NCBI GenBank assembly: GCA_944329465.1
Contig: CALVII010000003.1
Coordinates: 1 to 45,743, forward strand
Origin: an uncultured Bacilli bacterium
GTDB lineage: Bacteria > Bacillota_I > Bacilli_A > RF39 > UBA660
Length of the DNA: 45,743 bases
Direction: 5' to 3'
Position numbers and translations under genes: made by a program. Below the pieces are notes generated by a model that saw nothing but the letters and a program-made list of their open reading frames with translations, did no database searches and was not told where the DNA came from. Below, piece after piece: positions 9,926 through 19,628 of the stretch (the stretch's first letter is position 1; each line of letters starts with the position of its first letter).

Positions 9926-10876
9926 TTAGTTTTTGGCTAATTCTTTTATCTTTTCAGTGTTTTTAAAATTTATTTTGGCAATTTCGTTTAAAATGTTTAA
10001 TCCATATTTTTTAACTAATTTTGAGCCTATTTCGTCTACTGTTTGACCAGCTCCCTTGGGAAGAGTAATGCTATATTTTTTAGAGAGTTTTTCTATTTCT
10101 TTAATAAATATGTATCTACTTATAATGGCTGAACAAGCAACTGATAGACATTGGTCTTCGGCTTTGGTTATAAAAGTAATGTTTCTTTGAACGTTGTTTG
10201 ATTCTTTTAAATAGTTATAGTAAACGTATTTTTCGGCAAATTGGTCAACTACAATATAATCATAATTTTGATATTTTTTAGTCATTTCTAATAAAGTTTT
10301 ATTATGTAATATTGCTTTTATAGCATTCATATTATATTTTTTATTTTTTTCATTGTAATCTTTATTGTTTAAAGTTATTGTATAATATGGTATTTTTTTT
10401 ATAATTTCAGGGGTTATTTTTAAGATTTGTTGGTCGGTTAATTTTTTTGAGTCTCTGATACCTAAAGTTTCTAAGAAAGAAATATTTTCTTTGGTTACAT
10501 AAGATGCGGTTACAACGATTGGTCCAAAATAATCTCCGGTTCCCACTTCGTCAGAGCCAATTGTATTAGCGTAGTAAACTTTTGGATTTTTCTTTTCTTT
10601 TTTCTTTTCTCCAGCAACTTTCATATCAATTTTTTTATTTGGGTTTAAGTTTTTTTCCATTTGAGACCACAAGTTAGCATCTATATCAGCACTTATACCT
10701 TGAAAGACTGCTTTACCGGATTCATATAAAGTGACAACAGTATCGGCTTCGTCAGCTTGAAAGACAGCGTAGGGAGGAGTTTTTAATCTTTTTTTATCCT
10801 CAAAGTATTTATTCATTTTATCCATTGTGTTTTCACTTACTTTTAGTGTTATTGTTTTAACTGGTTCTTTTTTCAT
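9926..10876 (-). CDS. rnhC: Ribonuclease HIII
   Basis: N-terminal TBP-like domain (TVVTLYESGKAVFQG), IGSDEVGTGDYFGP, RDSKKLTD, VDQF, KAED, LPKGAG. AGGTGA SD favours ATG at 10876. Confidence 0.95.
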   Translation of the reverse strand: MKKEPVKTITLKVSENTMDKMNKYFEDKKRLKTPPYAVFQADEADTVVTLYESGKAVFQGISADIDANLWSQMEKNLNPNKKIDMKVAGEKKKEKKNPKVYYANTIGSDEVGTGDYFGPIVVTASYVTKENISFLETLGIRDSKKLTDQQILKITPEIIKKIPYYTITLNNKDYNEKNKKYNMNAIKAILHNKTLLEMTKKYQNYDYIVVDQFAEKYVYYNYLKESNNVQRNITFITKAEDQCLSVACSAIISRYIFIKEIEKLSKKYSITLPKGAGQTVDEIGSKLVKKYGLNILNEIAKINFKNTEKIKELAKN

Positions 10877-10975
10877 TTTCTTCACCTGTAAACATTTTAG
10901 CATATTTTATTTTTAATAACAATAAGCCTTTACTTAATAGGCTTTAATATAATATAATTACTATGGAGGGTAGAT

Positions 10976-11695
10976 ATGAATATTACAGATATTTTAATTA
11001 TTTTATTTATATTATTAGGTGCAGTGGTTGGTTTTAAAAGAGGTTTTACAACTAGTTTGGTTAATTTTATTGGAGTTATTTTAGTTGTGATTGTGGCTTA
11101 TTTTTTAAAAAATCCAATCGGAGAGTTTTTAATGAGCTTTTGTCCTTTCTTTAATTTTGGAGGCATAATTAAAGGAGTAACAGTTTTAAATATAGCTTTA
11201 TATCAGATAATTGCTTTTATATTGGTATTTAGTCTTTTGATGGTTGGTCTTAAGGTTTTACTTGTGGCAACTGGTGTTTTGGAGACAGTATTAAAATTTA
11301 CGATCGTTTTAGGAATTCCTTCGAAGATTTTAGGAGCTATTGTTGGAATACTAGAAAATTATATTATTGTATTTTTTGTGTTATATTTACTTTCAATGCC
11401 AAATTTTTTAGATGTTGGTTTTATAAAAAATTCTGATTATCGTGAACCAATTTTGAAAAATACACCGATTTTATCTAATGTTGCAGAGTCTACACTTAGA
11501 GTGTTAGACGAGTTTAAAGGTTTAACAGATAAATATACGGAAGATAGTGATAGTAATGAATTTAATTTGGAAACTTTGGATTTATTTTTGAAATATAAAG
11601 TTGTAACAGTAGATACAGTTAAAAAACTTGATGAAAGTGGTAAAATAAATATAGATGGAATTGAAAATATAATTGAAAGATATGAGGAGGAATGA
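10976..11695 (+). CDS. cvpA: CvpA/colicin V production family membrane protein (YshB-like)
   Basis: DILII...GFKRGF, four TM segments, KILGAIVG. Divergent from rnhC, as in Bacilli. Confidence 0.85.
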   Translation: MNITDILIILFILLGAVVGFKRGFTTSLVNFIGVILVVIVAYFLKNPIGEFLMSFCPFFNFGGIIKGVTVLNIALYQIIAFILVFSLLMVGLKVLLVATGVLETVLKFTIVLGIPSKILGAIVGILENYIIVFFVLYLLSMPNFLDVGFIKNSDYREPILKNTPILSNVAESTLRVLDEFKGLTDKYTEDSDSNEFNLETLDLFLKYKVVTVDTVKKLDESGKINIDGIENIIERYEEE

Positions 11696-11697
11696 TT

Positions 11698-11994
11698 ATG
11701 GAGATAATAAAAGGCAATTTAGAAAATTTTGATGAGATTACAAGTAAAGGTGATGTTTTAGTTGATTTCTTTGCTTCGTGGTGTGGACCGTGTAAGATGC
11801 TTGCACCTGAACTCGAAGAAATTAAAGATAAAGTTCAAATAATGAAAGTTGATATTGACGAAAATTTGGAACTTTGTAAGAGATTTGGAGTTATGAGTGT
11901 TCCAACCCTTATTTATTTTAAAAAAGATGGAACTTATGATATTCATACTGGTTATATGACTAGTGATGAAGTTTTACGCTTTGCTGGCAAATAA
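11698..11994 (+). CDS. trxA: Thioredoxin
   Basis: VLVDFFASWCGPCKM active site and GVMSVPTL. GGAGG SD favours ATG 11698. Confidence 0.95.
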   Translation: MEIIKGNLENFDEITSKGDVLVDFFASWCGPCKMLAPELEEIKDKVQIMKVDIDENLELCKRFGVMSVPTLIYFKKDGTYDIHTGYMTSDEVLRFAGK

Positions 11995-12027
11995 AAAGTT
12001 ATTAGGATTTAATCTTAATAACTTTTT
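11993..12027. terminator. Bidirectional terminator trxA / dCMP deaminase
   Basis: AAAAAGTTATTAGGATT / AATCTTAATAACTTTTT inverted repeat between convergent stops. Confidence 0.75.
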
Positions 12028-12526
12028 AATTATTTTTTAGAGTTATCTTTATTTCTTTGTTCATGTTTATTTTATGATAACTTACATTACATTTATCAAA
12101 TAAAGTTCTAGAGGCAATGTTATTTTCACTATTGGCATATTTATCATTTAAATAGATAACTTCTTTAATTCCTGATTGAATGATAATTTTTGCACATTCA
12201 TTGCATGGGAATAGATCAACGTATATTTTGGCATTTTCTAAATCTTTTTTACTACCACGATAGTTTAAGATCGCATTTAATTCGGCATGACAAACATAAG
12301 GGTATTTAGTGTTTAGGTTATCTCCTTCGCGGCCCCAAGGAAATTCGTCATCGTCGTAACCGTTTGGGGCACCATTATAACCGATAGATAGTATACGGTT
12401 ATCATTACTAACGATGCAGGCCCCAACTGTTGTTGATGGGTCTTTGCTCCTCATGGCACTTAGCTCAGTTATGGCCATAAAATATTCGTCCCATGATAAA
12501 TAATTTGTTCTTTTTTTATTATTCAT
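12026..12526 (-). CDS. dCMP deaminase (ComEB family)
   Basis: SWDEYFM, RSKDP..VGACIV, GYNG, HAE and PCxxC zinc motifs. Confidence 0.93.
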   Translation of the reverse strand: MNNKKRTNYLSWDEYFMAITELSAMRSKDPSTTVGACIVSNDNRILSIGYNGAPNGYDDDEFPWGREGDNLNTKYPYVCHAELNAILNYRGSKKDLENAKIYVDLFPCNECAKIIIQSGIKEVIYLNDKYANSENNIASRTLFDKCNVSYHKINMNKEIKITLKNN

Positions 12527-12616
12527 GATTTCACTTCCTTTAAAACTATTTTACCATATTTTTTTCATTTTGAATAAAATCATTTTTCTGTTATAATATT
12601 TATTGGGTGATATAGT

Positions 12617-13090
12617 GTGAAAAAACTATTTTCTATTGCTTTAATAACGGTTTTATTTGATCAAATTGTCAAAAATGGGCTTTTGTTTTTTATGAGTTTT
12701 GGAAAATCAATTACTATAATTAAAGGTTTTTTCAATATTACCTTAGTAGGTAATACTGGGGCAGCGTTTAGTATTTTAAGCTCTAATACAGTTTTACTTG
12801 TTATTATTTCGATAGTTGTTTTAAATGTTTTATATTTTTGTTTTATTAAAGGGAAATTATTATCTAATTTAGAGCAGATTTCATATGGTTTATTAATTGG
12901 TGGTATTATGGGAAATTTAATTGATAGAATTGTGCATGCTCAGGTGATTGATTATTTTGATTTTAATTTCTTTGGATATAATTTTCCAGTGTTTAATTTG
13001 GCTGATATATTTATTGTTGTTTCAATAGTGTTTATTATTTTTCAGATTATAAAAGGTGATAAAAATGAAGTGTCAAGTAAAGCAAGGTAA
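12617..13090 (+). CDS. lspA: Lipoprotein signal peptidase II
   Basis: DQ..K, NTGAAFS, GGIMGNLIDR, VIDYF, FPVFNLAD. Confidence 0.95.
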   Translation: MKKLFSIALITVLFDQIVKNGLLFFMSFGKSITIIKGFFNITLVGNTGAAFSILSSNTVLLVIISIVVLNVLYFCFIKGKLLSNLEQISYGLLIGGIMGNLIDRIVHAQVIDYFDFNFFGYNFPVFNLADIFIVVSIVFIIFQIIKGDKNEVSSKAR

Positions 13091-13940
13091 TGTCAGACTT
13101 GATAATTATTTATCTTTAGTTTTAGAAGTGAGTAGAAGTCAAGTTACTAAAATGATTAAAGCTAAAGAGATTTTAGTTAATGGAAATATAGTTAAACCAG
13201 GTTTTATATTATCTGAAGACGATATTTTAGAAATAAATCATGTTGAAGAAGATGGTGTTAAAGCTGAGAAGATGGATTTGGATATCGTTTACGAGGATGA
13301 CGATGTAATGGTTGTTAATAAGGCTAATGGTGTAGTGGTTCATCCTGGTGCAGGAAATCATAGTGGAACTTTGGTAAATGGTCTTTTATATCATACTAAA
13401 TTAAGTGATTTAAATGGTGATGTTAGACCGGGTATTGTTCATAGAATTGATGCTTATACAACAGGCCTTTTAATGATTGCAAAGAATAATAAAGCCCATG
13501 AAATTTTAGCTAAAGAGTTAGCTGAGAAAAAGACTTACCGAAAATATGTTGCTTTGGTTTGGGGAGTTATAGATAGCGATACAGGGGAAATAGATGCTCC
13601 TATAGGTAGAAGTAAAAGCGATCGTAAGAAAATGGCTGTTCGTGCTGACGGTAAAGAGGCTATTACTTATTTTAAGGTTTTAAAAAGGTTTGATAAAGCA
13701 ACTTTGATTGAACTTAGATTAGAAACGGGAAGAACTCACCAGATTAGAGTTCATATGAATTATATTGGCCATCCAGTTGTGAATGATCCGGTTTATGGTA
13801 ACAGAAAATTATTTGATAATACCGGACAGTGTTTGCATGCGAAAGAACTTGGTTTTATACATCCTAAGACTGGTAAATATATGCAGTTTGATAGTGAATT
13901 ACCTGATTGTTTTTTGAATATTTTGAAAAATTTTGAGTAG
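13065..13940 (+). CDS. rluD: RluA/RluD-family 23S rRNA pseudouridine synthase
   Basis: S4 domain (RLDNYL..SRSQ), GIVHRID catalytic motif, TGRTHQIRVH, lspA-rluD synteny. AGGTGA SD favours ATG 13065. Confidence 0.92.
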   Translation: MKCQVKQGNVRLDNYLSLVLEVSRSQVTKMIKAKEILVNGNIVKPGFILSEDDILEINHVEEDGVKAEKMDLDIVYEDDDVMVVNKANGVVVHPGAGNHSGTLVNGLLYHTKLSDLNGDVRPGIVHRIDAYTTGLLMIAKNNKAHEILAKELAEKKTYRKYVALVWGVIDSDTGEIDAPIGRSKSDRKKMAVRADGKEAITYFKVLKRFDKATLIELRLETGRTHQIRVHMNYIGHPVVNDPVYGNRKLFDNTGQCLHAKELGFIHPKTGKYMQFDSELPDCFLNILKNFE

Positions 13941-13948
13941 GTGATAAT

Positions 13949-15091
13949 ATGAATGAAATAGTAATTGATAAAAAAGAAGAACTTGTTATGAAACTTTTAC
14001 ATTATTTTATTACAGAAAGAGGATATAATCCAGTAATAATTAGAGGCGTTAAGGATGAGATTTGGCTTGAGAATTTGGAAGATGATTATAAAATTATTAG
14101 AATTGTCTCTGGTTATATTCATAATAATGAACAATTTAAGTTTGATTTGTTTAAAACCAAAAATTTACTTAAGACAATTAAGAAAAAGACATTGTCGTTT
14201 AAGATTAATGCTCTTAGTATATTTGTAAATTTAGGTGATAATGTCGATATATCACAATTTGAAAATATTCCGAATATTAAATTTGCAGGTATTCATGATG
14301 AGGATGATTTAAATAAGTATAGATTTGTTACTTCTGCATTTCCTGATATTACAAAGGATATGAACTTTAAGGAAAAAGGGTTAGAATTATTTATGAAAAT
14401 TACGAGTGATATAAATAAGAAAAATGAAGGAGATGCGAAGATGAATGAGGATGTGTTTAGTCCTAAAAAACCGATTGTTACTTATGCACTTATTATAATA
14501 AATATAATTATCTTTATATTATCAATGTTTAATGATAATATTTTACAAATGTTTGCAGTTAATAGATTTTATATTGCTGATTTAGGTGAATATTATAGAT
14601 TATTTACAGGAATGTTTTTACATGCTGGTGTTTTGCATATTTTATTTAATATGTATGCTTTATATATAATTGGCATGCAGCTTGAAGGCTTTTTGGGAAG
14701 ATGGAAGTTTTTGATTGTGTATTTGCTTTCTGGTTTAGGTGGTTCAATGCTTTCTATATTCTTCGATAATGGTTTTAGTGTTGGTGCATCTGGAGCAATA
14801 TTTGGTTTAATGGGAGCATTACTTTATTTTGGATATCATTACCGCGTTTATTTGGATAGCGTGGTTAAATCACAGATTATTCCTTTGATTATTATTAATT
14901 TACTTATAGGATTTACTTCAACTGGTATTGATAATTGGGCCCATATTGGTGGTTTAGTTGGTGGTATTTTGGCAACAATGGCAGTTGGTGTTAAATATAA
15001 ATCCACTAAGTTTGAAATGATTAATGGGGCTATAATGTATTTGATTTTTATTGGATTTTTAGGATATATGGTGTTTGTTCGTGGTATATAA
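13949..15091 (+). CDS. Rhomboid intramembrane serine protease with N-terminal soluble domain (GluP/YqgP-like)
   Basis: EYYRLFTGMFLH..HILFNM, GASG catalytic Ser, AHIGG catalytic His. Confidence 0.9.
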   Translation: MNEIVIDKKEELVMKLLHYFITERGYNPVIIRGVKDEIWLENLEDDYKIIRIVSGYIHNNEQFKFDLFKTKNLLKTIKKKTLSFKINALSIFVNLGDNVDISQFENIPNIKFAGIHDEDDLNKYRFVTSAFPDITKDMNFKEKGLELFMKITSDINKKNEGDAKMNEDVFSPKKPIVTYALIIINIIIFILSMFNDNILQMFAVNRFYIADLGEYYRLFTGMFLHAGVLHILFNMYALYIIGMQLEGFLGRWKFLIVYLLSGLGGSMLSIFFDNGFSVGASGAIFGLMGALLYFGYHYRVYLDSVVKSQIIPLIIINLLIGFTSTGIDNWAHIGGLVGGILATMAVGVKYKSTKFEMINGAIMYLIFIGFLGYMVFVRGI

Positions 15092-15093
15092 AA

Positions 15094-15120
15094 AAACAAG
15101 TTTTAATGCTTGTTTCTTTT
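15094..15120. terminator. Probable bidirectional terminator rhomboid / PgsA-like gene
   Basis: AAACAAG...CTTGTTT inverted repeat flanked by A/T runs between convergent stops. Confidence 0.5.
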
Positions 15121-15900
15121 TGTATATTGTTTTGATTTTTGTGGTTTAACTTCTTGATCAAGTTCATAAACAATAGCTTGATGGTTTTCTTTTGAAAGTG
15201 TAAATTTTGGAGTGTTATCTTTTTTATTTGTTTTTTTATTAGTATCTACTAATTTATTTTCATTTGTCTTTGGGTTATCGGCTTCTTGATTATCTTTTGT
15301 TTGTTTTTTATATTCGTCTAAATATTGTTTAATGTTAATTCCTTCTATAGGGATGGTTCCTAGACTTAATGCGGTACTTATGCTTAAAAGGAGTTCGCTA
15401 TTTATTTCAGCAATGCTTAGATTTTGGGCAGCTATAGCTGTATAGGCTAGAATTAAAGATATGGAAAGTGGCCATATTTTTATTTTGCCAAATAGATTAC
15501 TTTTGGGGTGGCCTCCATTTGATAATAATTTGGTATTTACTAATGATATGGCAGTTTCCATTATGCCATTTAGGGCAAATATTGGCATAACCGGTAATAT
15601 TCCAATGATTAAGGCTAGTGAAAATATTTTATCAGAGATAGCATCTAACATAGCACCTTCTTTGGTTTCTCCTTTGGCAATTATTCTAGCTGCTTTTCCA
15701 TCTAAAAAATCGGAAACAGCTAAAAAACTAACTGTTCCAAACAAGATGGGCAAAGATGTTCCTGTATAAGTCATGATTGGTATGGCTACACCACCTATAA
15801 CTCTAGAAAAAGATAACCAATTTGGTATTAACGAAAGTTTGTTATCAGGATTAAATAATCCTTTTGTAAAATTTTTTGCGGTTTCTTTAATTGTATTCAT
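15103..15900 (-). CDS. CDP-alcohol phosphatidyltransferase family protein (PgsA-like) with long hydrophilic C-tail
   Basis: IPNWLSFSR and the signature DxxDGxxAR...GxxxDxxxD (SDFLDGKAAR...GAMLDAISDK). Confidence 0.85.
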   Translation of the reverse strand: MNTIKETAKNFTKGLFNPDNKLSLIPNWLSFSRVIGGVAIPIMTYTGTSLPILFGTVSFLAVSDFLDGKAARIIAKGETKEGAMLDAISDKIFSLALIIGILPVMPIFALNGIMETAISLVNTKLLSNGGHPKSNLFGKIKIWPLSISLILAYTAIAAQNLSIAEINSELLLSISTALSLGTIPIEGINIKQYLDEYKKQTKDNQEADNPKTNENKLVDTNKKTNKKDNTPKFTLSKENHQAIVYELDQEVKPQKSKQYTKRNKH

Positions 15901-16060
15901 AGTTTTTCCCCCAATTTGTTTAATATTTTATCATAAGTTTGACTATAAGTAAATTGTTTTTTGAATGTGTAAAGAAGTGCAAAGGAGATTGTGATTGTAG
16001 ATATACATTATTATAGTTATTTGGTATAATATTTATAGGATAATTAGGAGGGCATAGTAT

Positions 16061-19000
16061 ATGAAGAAAAAATTTATAATAACTATTTTTGGAATATTTT
16101 TTATGATGCTTTTTGTGCCTTTTTCTAAAGTAAGTGCGGCTTCAACTTATACGGTTGAGATGGTTGCTAATCAAACTGGTAATAAGGTTGTTGGTAAATA
16201 TAATAGTTATAGTGCGGCCTTAAGTTCGATGAATGCCCAAAATTCTAATGCCAATAGTGTTGCAACTATTTATAGAGATGGTGTTCCTGTTGATAGTAAG
16301 TATGGTATTTTTAAATTTAAACCCGGTAGTACTTATAATTTGTATGAAAGTGCGACCGGGAAAGCGTATACTTATATTCATGGCTCATATGGAACTGATG
16401 CGGCTTTACTAGGATATAGTGAAAATGGTAGAGTTAAAGTTATGATTAGCGGTTATACTGGTTGGACCGAGATAAACAATGGTGTAGTAACTCCTATTTC
16501 TTTAATGGGTATTAATGGAAATATGATTAATGTTCCTGGGGGACTTGGAATTAGAATTAGAAAAACCCCATCTTTAAAGGGAACGGTTATTACACAAGTT
16601 GGAACAACTTCTAATTTTAGTTATACGGAAACTAGAAATGCAGATGGTTATACTTGGTATAAAATTAGTTATAATGGTAGTGAGGCTTGGATAGCTAAAA
16701 CAGATAGTGTGACTGTTTTAACAGGTACTAATGGTCTTGGAACATATTATAATCATTATGGTCCTACTGGTAATTTGATACATCATTTTACTTATTATAA
16801 TGGTAGTGGTTATGGGGATACATTTACTAATTTAGGTACAGCCCCTTCATTTTTAACTAAGGATGTTAGGTATTATAGTTTTGATGGTATTTATTTTTAT
16901 TCTAATTTGACAAGTATGCTTGATGATTATAGAAGTGGTAGTTATAAAAGAAGTATCAATTATAATAGTCCATATTATTCATATTATTTATATTTACCTA
17001 GTCATTCAGTGACTGGTTATACAGCTGAAGATTTAGATAGAATTATTGCTAATAAAGGTTATAATGCATCTACTTCTAAAATGTATGGTACAGGTAAATA
17101 CTTTAAAGAAGCTGAAGCTACTTATGGTCAAAATGCATTAATGATGTTTAGTACAGCTATGAATGAGAGTGCGAATGGTACGAGTAAGATTGCTATGGAT
17201 AAAAATAATTTATTTGGCTATGGAGCTTCTGATAGTAATCCTTATGATGGTGCTTATACATATGCAAATCCTAGAGAATCTATTATGGATTATGCTAAAA
17301 GGACAGGCGGTAGTTATTCTTTAGTGACTGGTGCATATTATTATGGTGGTCATTATGGTAATAAATCAAGTGGTAGAAATGTTAAATATGCTTCTGATCC
17401 TTACTGGGGAGAAAAACAAGCTAGTAACTCATTTTTAAGTGATTTGGATTATGGTGGTAAAGATTTTAATTCAAGTACTATTGGAGTTACTAATAAAGAT
17501 TTTGCTAATGTATGGGTGTTTGATAGACCTGAAGGTACTGATGAAACACATATTTATAGTTTGAAAAACCCAAATACTAATGCTTTGGTATATGATGTTT
17601 CAGTAAATGTTGTAGATAAAGTGTATGGAGCAGATGGCCGTTGGTTTTATAAAGTTTACACAGATCTTCCAAGTAGTGATAATCAACTTTATGGATATAT
17701 ATTTGCTAATGAGCTTAATGTTTCTAATAATCAACCAGTAATTACTGCTTCCGATAAAACAATTAAAGAAGGAGATACATTTAATCCATTAGAAGGTGTT
17801 ACAGCATCTGACACCGAAAATGGTAATTTGACTAATAAAATTACGTATGAAAGTAATGTAAATCCTAATAAAGAAGGTACATATAAAGTTACTTATACGG
17901 TTGTAGATAATAGTAATTTTCATGCTAGTAAAACAATTGCTGTTAAGGTTATTTCAGCTGAAATGCCAATAATTAATGCTTCTGATAGAGAAATTAAACA
18001 GTTTGAAGAATTTGATTATATGGATGGAGTAAGTGCGAAAGCATATGATGGAACAGATTTAACTGATAAAATAACGTATGAAAAAACTGTAAATACTGAT
18101 GTGGCTGATACATATGAGGTTACTTATAAAGTTAAAGATTCTAAAGGTAAAGAAGTAAGTAAAACAATTAAGGTTACTGTTATTCCTAATGAAAAACCAG
18201 TTATAAATGTTTCAGATAAAGAAATATATTTAAATAGTGAATTTGATCCATTAGAAGGCGTTACAGCATATGATGCAGAAGATGGAGAAATTAAAGATAT
18301 TGAATATAAAGGTGAAGTAAAAACTGATGAAGTAGGGGACTATAAAATAACTTATACAGTTACTGATAAAAATGGTCAAAAAACTGAAAAAACTATAACA
18401 GTAAAAGTCATTGTAAATCAGCTTCCAGTGATTAATGCTTATGATAAAACTATAACTATTAATACTGAATTTAATCCATTAGAAGGCGTTAGTGCATATG
18501 ATACGGAAGATGGATCTATAACTGATATTAGAGTATTAAAAAATGATGTTAAAACTGATACTTTAGGTAAATATGAAGTAACATATGAAGTTACTGATTC
18601 ATACGGTCAAACTGTTACTAAAACAATTACAGTTACAGTTAGCGAAAAAGTATTAATAGAGAAAGATGGTTGGTTTCACATTGAGGAAATTTCATTTAAA
18701 GATGATATTTTAAAAATAAGTGGTTTTGAAATTATTAAAGGTATTTCTAATAGTAAAGATGATAAAATAAATTATGAGCTAATTTTAAAAAATCAAAATA
18801 CTAATGAAAAAATCACTTATGGTTTAAATCGTTGGCTTGAAAATGTTCCTTTTGTTGCTAATGATGGTAGTTCTAATGATTATAGTGGTTCTTGGTTTAC
18901 TGGTGATATTGATTTAAGTAAAATTGAAGATGGTGATTATACAATGTATGTCAAAGCTTCTGGAGAGGATTACTATAGTGAAAATATTGTTTCAAATGTG

Positions 19001-19588
19001 GAATATAATGATAACGTTGAAAGAAAACATGAAGGAGTATCTGGTAGAGGATATATGATTCGTGAAAATAAAACATTGCCTAATGTTGATTTGGAATTAT
19101 TTGTTAGAAGTGATGGATTGATTAGTTATAACACAACACCTGTATGGTCAGGAATTTATAGTGATTTATTTAGCTATGATTTAGATGGTGACAATTTAAA
19201 TTTATCTGGTACCTCTTATGCCTTAAAAACAAATTATAAGGCATCTGATAATGTTGAAAGAGAAGTAATTTTTGAGAATAAAAAAACACATAAAATTTCT
19301 TATAGAGAAGATATTGGCTCTATAACGGATGGACCATATAAAATTACTTCAACTACTGGAAATGACATGACTAGAGCTTGGTTTAATTCTGATATTGATA
19401 TTTCTTCTTTAACTAAAGGTACTTATATTATTTATATAAGAACTAAAGTTGGAGATGTCGATGATTATAGTGAACTTGCTGATTCAGCATATTCTGATTT
19501 ATCTGATACTTCAGAGTTCGATGGCAAAAAAGCGTCTTTAAAAAGAAATAATGATCAGAGAATAAGATTAGAGTTAGTTATTGAATAA
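16061..19588 (+). CDS. Secreted peptidoglycan hydrolase: SH3b-like domain(s), GH73 glucosaminidase, four DUF5011/Ig-like repeats, two C-terminal beta-rich repeats
   Basis: Signal peptide ending VSA-A; SH3b-like 'IRIRKTPS...GYTWYKI...AWIA'; GH73 'NESANGTS..KNNLFGYGA.D', 'YASDPYWGEK'; four repeats 'PVI.A.D..I...FNPLEGV.A.D.EDG'. Confidence 0.85.
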   Translation: MKKKFIITIFGIFFMMLFVPFSKVSAASTYTVEMVANQTGNKVVGKYNSYSAALSSMNAQNSNANSVATIYRDGVPVDSKYGIFKFKPGSTYNLYESATGKAYTYIHGSYGTDAALLGYSENGRVKVMISGYTGWTEINNGVVTPISLMGINGNMINVPGGLGIRIRKTPSLKGTVITQVGTTSNFSYTETRNADGYTWYKISYNGSEAWIAKTDSVTVLTGTNGLGTYYNHYGPTGNLIHHFTYYNGSGYGDTFTNLGTAPSFLTKDVRYYSFDGIYFYSNLTSMLDDYRSGSYKRSINYNSPYYSYYLYLPSHSVTGYTAEDLDRIIANKGYNASTSKMYGTGKYFKEAEATYGQNALMMFSTAMNESANGTSKIAMDKNNLFGYGASDSNPYDGAYTYANPRESIMDYAKRTGGSYSLVTGAYYYGGHYGNKSSGRNVKYASDPYWGEKQASNSFLSDLDYGGKDFNSSTIGVTNKDFANVWVFDRPEGTDETHIYSLKNPNTNALVYDVSVNVVDKVYGADGRWFYKVYTDLPSSDNQLYGYIFANELNVSNNQPVITASDKTIKEGDTFNPLEGVTASDTENGNLTNKITYESNVNPNKEGTYKVTYTVVDNSNFHASKTIAVKVISAEMPIINASDREIKQFEEFDYMDGVSAKAYDGTDLTDKITYEKTVNTDVADTYEVTYKVKDSKGKEVSKTIKVTVIPNEKPVINVSDKEIYLNSEFDPLEGVTAYDAEDGEIKDIEYKGEVKTDEVGDYKITYTVTDKNGQKTEKTITVKVIVNQLPVINAYDKTITINTEFNPLEGVSAYDTEDGSITDIRVLKNDVKTDTLGKYEVTYEVTDSYGQTVTKTITVTVSEKVLIEKDGWFHIEEISFKDDILKISGFEIIKGISNSKDDKINYELILKNQNTNEKITYGLNRWLENVPFVANDGSSNDYSGSWFTGDIDLSKIEDGDYTMYVKASGEDYYSENIVSNVEYNDNVERKHEGVSGRGYMIRENKTLPNVDLELFVRSDGLISYNTTPVWSGIYSDLFSYDLDGDNLNLSGTSYALKTNYKASDNVEREVIFENKKTHKISYREDIGSITDGPYKITSTTGNDMTRAWFNSDIDISSLTKGTYIIYIRTKVGDVDDYSELADSAYSDLSDTSEFDGKKASLKRNNDQRIRLELVIE
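17730..18645 (+). repeat. Four intragenic ~230 bp tandem Ig-like (DUF5011-type) domain repeats
   Basis: TTT(A/G)ATCCATTAGAAGG(T/C)GTTA recurs at ~17780, ~18242 and ~18470, with a more diverged copy at ~18010. Confidence 0.8.
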
Positions 19589-19599
19589 CTAGCTTTTTT
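19573..19599 (+). terminator. Intrinsic terminator overlapping the glucosaminidase stop
   Basis: GTTAGTTAT-TGA-ATAACTAGC followed by TTTTTT. Confidence 0.7.
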
Positions 19600-19609
19600 C
19601 TTTTAAAAA

Positions 19610-19618
19610 TGTTATAAT
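19610..19618 (+). promoter_or_regulatory. Extended -10 promoter for the MuF-C-like gene (near-leaderless)
   Basis: TGT-TATAAT ending 10 nt before ATG 19629; no SD present. Confidence 0.55.
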
Positions 19619-19628
19619 TTTCCCATGA

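Noticed and set aside
15968..15995. WalR-like box upstream of the GH73 hydrolase (TGTAAA-GAAG-TGCAAA)
   Set aside because: Spacing is 4 nt rather than the consensus 5 and the second half-site is imperfect; likely chance in AT-rich DNA.
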